Source: a virus (lineage: Duplodnaviria > Caudoviricetes). Taken from it: 64,000 nt of DNA. Below are positions 38,489-46,483 of this stretch, one piece after another; the first letter of the stretch is position 1, and the number at the start of each line of letters is the position of its first letter. The notes under the pieces are model-generated. The model saw only the letters and a list, made by a program, of their open reading frames with translations, had not been told where the DNA came from and ran no database searches. Both the position numbers and the translations under genes were made by a program. The stretch lies in IMG/VR virus record IMGVR_UViG_3300010149_000008; one strand, 5' to 3'.

Positions 38489-38554
38489 TTAAAACCCTTT
38501 TTATATCTTTTCTATTTAGCATGCTTATTTATGATCCTTAGTAATATTAATACG

Positions 38555-38582
38555 TGTAAATTAAATATTAATTAATTATAAT
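38555..38582 (+). promoter_or_regulatory. Putative phage promoter TGTAAA-N16-TATAAT
   Basis: Exact motif, with the extended form ACGTGTAAAT, upstream of dnaE. Confidence 0.7.
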
Positions 38583-38608
38583 AAATAAAAACAAGAAAGG
38601 TATATAAT

Positions 38609-41600
38609 TTGTCTATTGATTTAATAACACCACCAAATAGATTTGTATCGCTTCATTCACACTCAACTTTTAGTACTTTTGATGGTCTAGGATATCCAGC
38701 AGATCACATTGATTTTGTTCTTTCTGAATCACAAGGAATGGATGCTTGGGCACTAACAGATCATGGTAATGGTAATGGTCTTGCACATGCTCATTCGCAT
38801 GCTGTTAAAATGCAAAAAGCAGGCAGAAAGTTTAGACAAATATACGGAGTAGAATTCTATTTTGTTCCTTCACTAGATCAGTGGACTAGCGACTATGCAG
38901 ATCACAAGCAATCAATTAAAGATGCAAAAACAGCTGCTGCAGCTGAAAAGAAGAGTAAAGAAAAAATCATTATTGATGCTGATGATGAGAGTGGTGGTCT
39001 TGTCATAGAGGATGAAGATGAATCTAAAAAGATTGATATACTTAAAGATGAGTGGAAGCGACGTTATCACTTAGTAGTTACAGCAAGAAATAGAAAGGGT
39101 CTTAATAATCTATTTACCCTTGTAAAAAAATCATACAAAGACGGCTTTTATAGATACCCGCGCATTGACTTTAAAATGCTTAAAGAGCACGGCGAAGGTT
39201 TACATGTCAATACAGCATGCTTAGGAGGCATATACAGTAATAGAATACTTCGTGGTGTAGCTCATGACAAATCACGTGATGAAATCCAAAAAGACCTGCA
39301 AAACTTATCAGATAGATTTACAGATGCTGTTGGTATTGAAAACTTTAAGTTAGAGCTACAATTTAACAAACTTAATAAGCAACACGTTGTTAATGACTAT
39401 CTTATTGAGCATCATAAGCTAACGGGTATTCCACTTATATCAACAGCAGACTCTCATTACCCGAGCAATGACAAATGGCAAGCAAGAGAGTTATATAAAA
39501 AGCTTGGATGGTTAGGCAAGAAAGATGGTCTAACGCTTCCAGCATTTGAAGATCTTAAGTGTGAGTTGTATCCAAAAAACGCTCAGCAGATGTGGGATGA
39601 GTTTCTTGAAGGTTACAAAGAACACGATTTTTATAAAGGTAACGAGCAGCTAGTTAAAGAGTCAATAGAAAGAACACATGACATTGTCTGGAATGATTTT
39701 GAAGATACTTGGATAGATGTAAGTGCAAAGCTTCCAACAATATCAATTCCTAACAAAACACCTTTTAAACACCTATCAGACTTAGTCAAGAACGCTTTAA
39801 TCAGCGAAGGTTTACATACTAACAAAGAATATGTAGATAGAGCTAAATATGAATTGTCTGATATTAAGTATTTAGGACATGAAGCTTATTTCATTACAAT
39901 GTATGAAATCTTTAAAAAGGCTGAAACGAAGACATTATTTGGTCCTGCTCGAGGAAGTGGTGGAGGTTCTTTGGTTAACTATCTATTAGGCATTACTCAG
40001 CTTGACCCTATTCCTTATAACTTACTTTGGAGCAGATTCTTAGGTAGGCATCGTGTTTCTTGGCCAGACATAGACACAGATGCTGGTGATCGCGATGAAC
40101 TCATCAATGCAGCTAAAGAGCTATACGGTGATGATGCTGTTATTCCAGTATCAAACTTCAACACACTTAAGCTTAAGTCGCTAGTAAAAGATATTGCAAA
40201 GTTTTATGATATTCCATTTGACGAAGTAAATAAGGTAACTGGCCCTCTTCAAGATCAAGTAATGCAAAAAGCAATGGACAAGAATCAAGAAAAGTCTGTG
40301 TTCGTTCTTAAGCATGAAGATTGCATGAAACACTCTCCTGAGTATAATTCGTTTATGACAGAATACCCAGAAGTTGCTGAGCATGTTGAAACTTTATTTA
40401 TGCAGAATAGAGCTATTGGTAGACATGCAGGAGGCGTAATAATAGCAGATGCTGATTCACTAGCTGAATCTATGCCTATTGTTGGTGTTCGTGGTGAACT
40501 ACAAACTCCGTGGACAGAAGGTATGAACTTTAGAAATCTTGAAGATAACGGATTTTTAAAGTTTGACTTTTTAGGTTTAACACTGCTCAAGGACGTAGAA
40601 AACTGTATATATAGAATTCTTAAAAAACAAGGAAATCCTAACCCAACATTCTCAGATGCTCGAGCATTTTTTGATAAGTATTTAAATTGTAGGTTTGTAA
40701 AACAGGATGATAAAAAAGTTTGGGAACATGTATATAAGGACGGTCACTTTTGCGGTGTTTTCCAATTTACAGCTGTAGGTGCAAGAAACTTTGCAAAAGA
40801 GGCAGAGCCTGATTCAATTGAGGAACTAGCAGCATTAACTGCAATTTACCGTCCGGGACCTCTTAAAGCAAATGTACATAAGAAATATGTTAAAGCAAAG
40901 AGAAACGTAGGTGATATAAAATATGAGCATCCTATTATTGAAAAGATACTTGGCCCAACATTTAACTATGTAGTGTTTCAAGAGCAGTTTATGCTTTTAG
41001 CACAAGAGCTAAGCGGATTTGATCCTGGCGAAGCTGACAAGCTTAGAAAGACTTTGGTAAAGAAGTCTTTAGATACTCTACATTCTAAAGGCTCAGAAAA
41101 GGCAATTGCTAGAGATAAGTTTATTAAAGGTGCTAAAGAGCTAAACGATGTTCCAGAATCAGTATCATCTAAGTTATGGGCAGACATAGAAAATTTTGCT
41201 GTTTACGGCTTTAACAAATCCCATGCTATTGCATATGCTATCGGGTCATATTATGCTGCTTGGTTGCATACTCATTATGAGACTGAGTGGCTTGCTGCGA
41301 TATTGCAATCTGAAAATGGTAATCCTAAAGGCATGTCAAAAGCAATTTCAGAGATTAAATCTTTTGGTTACGAGATTGCTGCAATCGATATAAATCACTC
41401 AGGTCTAGAATGGGAATATTCTGATGTGTTGAAAGCCTTTGTGCCGCCTTTGACTTCTCTTAAAGGAGTAGGAGACAAAGCTGTTGAAGAAGTATTTGCA
41501 AATAGACCATACAAAAATTTAAATAATTTATTTTATGATACAGAAGGTGCATGGAAACATTCAAAGCTAAACAAAACAGCTTTTTCATCGCTAGCGAAGA

Positions 41601-42184
41601 TGGAAGCATTTAAGTCTCTTGATGAGTTTAAAGATAATACACTTGATAATCATAAACAACTCCATGATTTGATCCTCGATAATTATGCTATTTTAAAGAA
41701 AGGTTATTGGGGAATGACAAAAACTGCAGTAAAAAGAGCAAAAAAGAACGAAGAAACAATTGTCCCTATTGTAGATCATTTAATTACTAGATATAAAGTT
41801 ATTAGTGACTGGTGCAGATCAGAAAAAATAAAGAATTATTTCAATCTCAGCAATGATGCAAGTGATGACCTCCTATTTCCACCTAAATTAATAAATCGAT
41901 TAAAACAGAAACAAATTAACAGCGTATTTGATATACCACAAGGTGAAAGAGGAATTGGCTGGTTTACAGTTACTGAGGTAATACATAAGACAACAAAGAA
42001 TGGTAAGGCTTTTATGCGCTGGAAGTGCGTTGACTCAGATAATCGTAGTGGCTGGCTACGTGTGTGGGGAAGCATTGAAGAAGGAGTTGAATTTAGTACA
42101 TGGCTTGTAGACGTAAAGAATGATGCTGGTTGGGGTATGTCTACTAATTTAGGCAAGCTTAAAAAGATTAATGCTTTTGATTAA
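38609..42184 (+). CDS. dnaE: Family C DNA polymerase III alpha subunit
   Basis: PHP domain (HSHSTFS.FDG, TDHG, DSHY), GPARGSGGGSLV, PDIDTD catalytic motif, GRHAGG, KFDFLGL, YRPGP, FNKSHA, C-terminal OB fold. TTG start with RBS AAGG. Confidence 0.95.
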   Translation: MSIDLITPPNRFVSLHSHSTFSTFDGLGYPADHIDFVLSESQGMDAWALTDHGNGNGLAHAHSHAVKMQKAGRKFRQIYGVEFYFVPSLDQWTSDYADHKQSIKDAKTAAAAEKKSKEKIIIDADDESGGLVIEDEDESKKIDILKDEWKRRYHLVVTARNRKGLNNLFTLVKKSYKDGFYRYPRIDFKMLKEHGEGLHVNTACLGGIYSNRILRGVAHDKSRDEIQKDLQNLSDRFTDAVGIENFKLELQFNKLNKQHVVNDYLIEHHKLTGIPLISTADSHYPSNDKWQARELYKKLGWLGKKDGLTLPAFEDLKCELYPKNAQQMWDEFLEGYKEHDFYKGNEQLVKESIERTHDIVWNDFEDTWIDVSAKLPTISIPNKTPFKHLSDLVKNALISEGLHTNKEYVDRAKYELSDIKYLGHEAYFITMYEIFKKAETKTLFGPARGSGGGSLVNYLLGITQLDPIPYNLLWSRFLGRHRVSWPDIDTDAGDRDELINAAKELYGDDAVIPVSNFNTLKLKSLVKDIAKFYDIPFDEVNKVTGPLQDQVMQKAMDKNQEKSVFVLKHEDCMKHSPEYNSFMTEYPEVAEHVETLFMQNRAIGRHAGGVIIADADSLAESMPIVGVRGELQTPWTEGMNFRNLEDNGFLKFDFLGLTLLKDVENCIYRILKKQGNPNPTFSDARAFFDKYLNCRFVKQDDKKVWEHVYKDGHFCGVFQFTAVGARNFAKEAEPDSIEELAALTAIYRPGPLKANVHKKYVKAKRNVGDIKYEHPIIEKILGPTFNYVVFQEQFMLLAQELSGFDPGEADKLRKTLVKKSLDTLHSKGSEKAIARDKFIKGAKELNDVPESVSSKLWADIENFAVYGFNKSHAIAYAIGSYYAAWLHTHYETEWLAAILQSENGNPKGMSKAISEIKSFGYEIAAIDINHSGLEWEYSDVLKAFVPPLTSLKGVGDKAVEEVFANRPYKNLNNLFYDTEGAWKHSKLNKTAFSSLAKMEAFKSLDEFKDNTLDNHKQLHDLILDNYAILKKGYWGMTKTAVKRAKKNEETIVPIVDHLITRYKVISDWCRSEKIKNYFNLSNDASDDLLFPPKLINRLKQKQINSVFDIPQGERGIGWFTVTEVIHKTTKNGKAFMRWKCVDSDNRSGWLRVWGSIEEGVEFSTWLVDVKNDAGWGMSTNLGKLKKINAFD

Positions 42185-42270
42185 ATAAAAGTTTATTTTA
42201 GTCTTCCAATTATTATTTTCATATATACATTCTTCTGTCTACTGTTTTAATTATATTTTAAATGCACTTT

Positions 42271-43086
42271 TTATATATCTAAAACTAATAAATGTTTTTC
42301 TTTTAGAAGTTCAATAATATTAGCGTTGTCTTTTCTATAAGTTTTGCTTAAAGGGCTTTCTGGCCACATATACCCCATATGGTCCATAGCAGAAAACTGT
42401 GAAGTATCATCAGACGTCTGTGGTGTTAAAGGCATTAGCTTTCTAACGCCTTGATCTTCCCACTGATCTGGATACTCTTTTTTGTAATAAGAAATATCAT
42501 CAGGATTAATATCTAGCTGTTTAGCAACGACATCATTTCTTTTAACGTAATTTTTCCAAACTTTAATTGCTTCGTCTGTGACTGATGCAGAGTCTGGCTT
42601 TATTCCTGCATTTAAATTGTTAGAAACAAATTCTATAACAACTTCATACAAAAGAGGACCCATTCCTTTTTTTGTGTCGTGTGTTTTTTTTATGTACCAA
42701 GTAGAGTTAACTTCATCTTTTGCTTTGCCTGGAGCTTCAACATCAGGGTTGTCATATTCTGAAGCTAGCTTTGCTTTAGATGACATTATTTCTATGCAGC
42801 CGTATAATTGCGGCGCTAATTCATGTTGTTTTTTTTCTTTGCTATTTAAATACAAATTAACATTAGAAAACATTGATTTTTCTTTGCTTACATAACCAAT
42901 ATTATATTTGTTAATGTTTTCTTTTTGAATTTTTATTTTATACTCTAAATTGCTGTTAAAATTAATTTCTTCTAGTTTATTTATTTGTTTATATATTTTT
43001 TCAATACTAACTGGTTTATCTTCTTCACTTTCATTTAAAAAGTTTTTCCACTCTTTAATTAGCATTTTAAAGTTTTTGTTATTCAT
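42271..43086 (-). CDS. Putative GNAT-fold protein with a capsid-targeting-like leader
   Basis: MLIKEWKNFLNESEE leader. KKGMGPLLYE...GIKPD..SVTDEA..VW resembles the acetyl-CoA loop of phage GNAT-like domains. Confidence 0.6.
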   Translation of the reverse strand: MNNKNFKMLIKEWKNFLNESEEDKPVSIEKIYKQINKLEEINFNSNLEYKIKIQKENINKYNIGYVSKEKSMFSNVNLYLNSKEKKQHELAPQLYGCIEIMSSKAKLASEYDNPDVEAPGKAKDEVNSTWYIKKTHDTKKGMGPLLYEVVIEFVSNNLNAGIKPDSASVTDEAIKVWKNYVKRNDVVAKQLDINPDDISYYKKEYPDQWEDQGVRKLMPLTPQTSDDTSQFSAMDHMGYMWPESPLSKTYRKDNANIIELLKEKHLLVLDI

Positions 43087-43114
43087 TATTTTCCCAACTA
43101 TTTTTTCATTGTTT

Positions 43115-43142
43115 TGTAAATTTAATTATTATATTATATAAT
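43115..43142 (+). promoter_or_regulatory. Putative phage promoter TGTAAA-N16-TATAAT
   Basis: Exact motif upstream of the kinase-TS fusion gene. Confidence 0.7.
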
Positions 43143-43161
43143 AATTTTAAAAAGGATTTAA

Positions 43162-44055
43162 ATGAGATTTTTAAATATTAATATAGAAGGTCCTGATTGT
43201 AGTGGTAAGACTACACTTTTTAATAGAATTCATAAAGAAACAAGCTTTAAGTACAACATACAAGACAGAAGCTGTATGTCAATGTATGTTTATGCAAAAT
43301 TGTATGAAAGAGATAACGCTTCTTTTTGGTTTGATAAAGTTCTTGAAGACATTAAACGATTAGATACATTATATATTGTTCTTTTACCTTCAAACCATAC
43401 TGTGTTAGAAAGACTAAGAAAAAGAGGTGATGAGTTTCAAGATGAAGAAAGCATTATGGATGTCAAACGTTTATTTTACAACTTAGTTAAATGCGGATTT
43501 GGTAACTTTCCAAATGTTTTAGTGCTAGAAGACATTGAAGATTTAACGCAGAAAGTTGATATGTGTTTAAGCTTTATTGAAAGTTTAAATGAATTTCCTA
43601 GTGGCGACTTAATAAAGTCTATTGTTATTAATAGCGGCAGAAACGAATTAGTTGACGTACAATGCAAGGAAGTAGTTGACATTAGCTCTTTAGACTACAC
43701 AGCATTAAATTTTCCTGAAGAAAAATCGTATTATGAAAAAATTACTACAGATATTGAAAATAAGATCTTTAAAGAATTTGCAGGTTTAAATTCACATAAT
43801 ACACCACAAAAACATGACAGTAGAAGATTTGTTTATACTGATGCAAGTTGTATATCGCTTATTCATGCTTTGTTTCGAAAGAACAGACTAAACGTTTCAG
43901 TGACACTTAGATCTTCAAATGTAATTAAAACACTCTGGGCAGATTATGAATTTTTAAAGATAATTAGTGTAAAATTAGCAGAACTTATGCAACTTGACGA
44001 AAGCATACCAGTCGATTTGACTATTAATATAAGGTCTGCACATATTGTACCTTAA
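43162..44055 (+). CDS. dNMP kinase fused to a minimal thymidylate-synthase-fold domain
   Basis: N-terminus IEGPDCSGKTT and QDRS (TMPK family). C-terminus SRR, C230-X19-R250-S, D261 and SAH294, with spacing that matches TS catalytic residues. Confidence 0.78.
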   Translation: MRFLNINIEGPDCSGKTTLFNRIHKETSFKYNIQDRSCMSMYVYAKLYERDNASFWFDKVLEDIKRLDTLYIVLLPSNHTVLERLRKRGDEFQDEESIMDVKRLFYNLVKCGFGNFPNVLVLEDIEDLTQKVDMCLSFIESLNEFPSGDLIKSIVINSGRNELVDVQCKEVVDISSLDYTALNFPEEKSYYEKITTDIENKIFKEFAGLNSHNTPQKHDSRRFVYTDASCISLIHALFRKNRLNVSVTLRSSNVIKTLWADYEFLKIISVKLAELMQLDESIPVDLTINIRSAHIVP

Positions 44056-44064
44056 GGAAATTAA

Positions 44065-44634
44065 ATGAATCCGTTTTTTAAAATATATACGGGTCCAATG
44101 TTTGGATCAAAAACAACAAGGCTAGTAGCAGAAATCGATCGTTCTTCTTATAAAGACAGAAAAATTTTTGCTTTTAAAGCAAAGAAAGATAAAAGATACG
44201 ACGCTGAATCTATATCTACACATAGTGGTGTTACATGGCCTGCAATTTGTATCAATGATGCACTAGAAATATTTGACTATTTAAACGATGATTATAATCT
44301 TTCTAATGTGTTAATTGCTGTAGACGAAGCTTTTATGATTAAAGGAATTGATGAAGCTTTAATTTCTTTATTTTTTAAAGGCGCTAATATTGTAGTTTCT
44401 ACAATTCAATTAGATGCAAACGAAAGACCTTTTGAAAATATAAAAAACATGTTGCCTTTTGCAACGCATATTGAAATTTGTCCGGCAGTTTGTACAAAAT
44501 GCAATAACGATGCTTATTATACAGCAGCAATGTTTGACATAGATAACGCAACAGATGAAGAGCGAGTTGGTTCTAAAGACATGTATGAGCCAAGATGCTC
44601 AAAACATTACAAGGCATTTTTTAAATATGAATAG
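44065..44634 (+). CDS. tdk: Thymidine kinase
   Basis: GPMFGSKTT, VDEAF, CTKC and YEPRCSKHY zinc site. Confidence 0.9.
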   Translation: MNPFFKIYTGPMFGSKTTRLVAEIDRSSYKDRKIFAFKAKKDKRYDAESISTHSGVTWPAICINDALEIFDYLNDDYNLSNVLIAVDEAFMIKGIDEALISLFFKGANIVVSTIQLDANERPFENIKNMLPFATHIEICPAVCTKCNNDAYYTAAMFDIDNATDEERVGSKDMYEPRCSKHYKAFFKYE

Positions 44635-44664
44635 AGAATATTTATTTAAAAAAGGTAGAAAAGC

Positions 44665-45561
44665 ATGTCAATAAAATTTAAATCAGCAGAAATGTACTAT
44701 GGAATACGTGTATACATTTCTGAAAATTCAGACAAAGATTTTTATTTAACAAAATCTTTGATTAACAACTTAAAAAACGTTGAAATAAAATTTAGACAAA
44801 ATAGAATAAATACACCGGTAGCAGACTTATTTAAACATCTTGTTATAATAAAAGGAAGTAAAGAAAGAAGTAGTATTGACAAGATACATAAATCTGGAGC
44901 TGCTAATTGGAGGGCTTTTTTTAATCCAGACACAGAGACTATAGCTTTTGACTTGCAACACTTTAAAAACGAAGAAGCATTAATTAATACTTTAGTTCAT
45001 GAAATAGGTCATGCAATACATGTTAAATTTGTAACGCCAGATGCTAGCAAATACATTTCAGTAGTAGGAAAACAATATGTTAATGTTATAGTTAGTCTCA
45101 AAGACCTTAAAAGTATTGTTGAACAAAACGTACATGACGACGACTTGTGCATGAGACTTATAAAAAAAGCTGAAGATGTATTTTATGATTTTGCAGATTT
45201 ACTAGATAACAGTATTAATTCTTCAGACTACGATGAAAATCATAAAACTTCAAATATTTCTTTCCAAATATGTGAAGAATATGAACTGTATCTTAAGGAA
45301 AAAGGAATTAAAACTTATGTTTCAAAAATTGAAAAAATGATTAGTGTAATAATGAAATTTATACCTTCTGAGTATGGTGCCACAGAAGAGAAAGAGTTTT
45401 TTGCTGAGTGTTTTAGGCAGTTTATTTTAAGCCCAGATGATCTTTCTTTGAACAATAGAAACATGATCATTAATGCATTAACATATTCTAGAGCACAAGG
45501 TAAAGAATTAATGCAGGCACATAAGCTTTTAAAAAACTATGTTAGATATATTATTGATTAA
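44665..45561 (+). CDS. Zincin-like metallopeptidase-domain protein
   Basis: LVHEIGHAIH (HExxH) and a distal SEYGAT..KEFFAECF third-ligand motif. Confidence 0.7.
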   Translation: MSIKFKSAEMYYGIRVYISENSDKDFYLTKSLINNLKNVEIKFRQNRINTPVADLFKHLVIIKGSKERSSIDKIHKSGAANWRAFFNPDTETIAFDLQHFKNEEALINTLVHEIGHAIHVKFVTPDASKYISVVGKQYVNVIVSLKDLKSIVEQNVHDDDLCMRLIKKAEDVFYDFADLLDNSINSSDYDENHKTSNISFQICEEYELYLKEKGIKTYVSKIEKMISVIMKFIPSEYGATEEKEFFAECFRQFILSPDDLSLNNRNMIINALTYSRAQGKELMQAHKLLKNYVRYIID

Positions 45562-45909
45562 TTATTTTAAATTATTACAGCAGGCGTCGAAGTCCTTTCG
45601 AGTCAATTTATAAATCTTACACCAGTTTTTTATTCTTTTTTCTTTGCGCTCGTAGTATCTATCACCATCAATATTACAGATTTCTCTTGCGTCTTCTTCC
45701 TGCTCCTGAGTAAAGTGTCTTCCAGGAAAGTATGGATGATCAGGTGCATTTGAATAATAATCCATTTGAGAAACCTCGCCTCTTTCAAATGCACCTCGAA
45801 ATGCAGTAGGCGAGTTATAACCTGAGTGTGCAATGTATGAGTCTCTCTGATCATCTTCTAGCAACACTTTTCTTATAATTCTTCTTAAACGGCTTTCTGT
45901 AATTTTCAT
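45562..45909 (-). CDS. Small hypothetical protein with a capsid-targeting-like leader
   Basis: Start moved to 45909 (MKITESRLRRIIRKVLLE). Its stop is back-to-back with the metallopeptidase stop (TAATTA). Confidence 0.65.
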   Translation of the reverse strand: MKITESRLRRIIRKVLLEDDQRDSYIAHSGYNSPTAFRGAFERGEVSQMDYYSNAPDHPYFPGRHFTQEQEEDAREICNIDGDRYYERKEKRIKNWCKIYKLTRKDFDACCNNLK

Positions 45910-45985
45910 ATCTCTTACTTTCTTTGTAAATTTTAAAATAATGTACACAATTAAATATTAAGTAAATATAATAAAAAGGTAAATA

Positions 45986-46411
45986 ATGGAAAATATAGCT
46001 CGTCCCTCTTGGGACAAAATATGGATGACAATGGCAGAAACTATTGCACAAAGAAGTCATCATTCTACTTTCAAGGTAGGCGCTATTATAGTAACGTCAG
46101 ATAATACACAAGTGCTTTCTTTGGGGTATAATGGTAATGCTGCAGGATTATCAAACGTACCTCAATCTGAAGAACCTGGCTGTAGTGGTTTATTACATGC
46201 TGAAATTAATGCTTTACTTAAGCTGGATTATAATAACCCAAAAGATAAAGTTATGTATTTGACGTTAAGCCCTTGCACAAACTGCGCGATCGCTGTTATT
46301 AATAGTGGAATAAAAAAAGTAGTCTATAAAACAAAGTATAGAGACGATACAGGCATTAACATGTTAACATCTGCAGGTGTGTTAGTAGAGCAATTTAATT
46401 TAAACAAATAA
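45986..46411 (+). CDS. dCMP deaminase
   Basis: RPSWD..WM..A..IA.RS, VGA.IV, GYNG, HAEINA, SPCTNC. Confidence 0.9.
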   Translation: MENIARPSWDKIWMTMAETIAQRSHHSTFKVGAIIVTSDNTQVLSLGYNGNAAGLSNVPQSEEPGCSGLLHAEINALLKLDYNNPKDKVMYLTLSPCTNCAIAVINSGIKKVVYKTKYRDDTGINMLTSAGVLVEQFNLNK

Positions 46412-46483
46412 AATAATTTATAATCGTCTTCATATTTATTACTATAATTAATCTGAAAATAACAGAAATAGGTAGTAACACAT

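Noticed and set aside
18437-42184. Inteins or introns in recA, dnaB, nrdA or dnaE
   Set aside because: Protein lengths are ordinary, motifs are contiguous, and no C/S...HN-C/S/T splice junctions or LAGLIDADG blocks were seen.
42183-42200. Terminator between convergent dnaE and the GNAT-like gene
   Set aside because: Only a short A/T-only stem (AAATAAA/TTTATTT), too weak to call.
44638-46440. ATATTTA as a late promoter before leader-bearing genes (about 44639, 45952 on the minus strand, 46432)
   Set aside because: Too few instances, and such a word is common by chance in about 70% AT sequence. It needs a genome-wide count.
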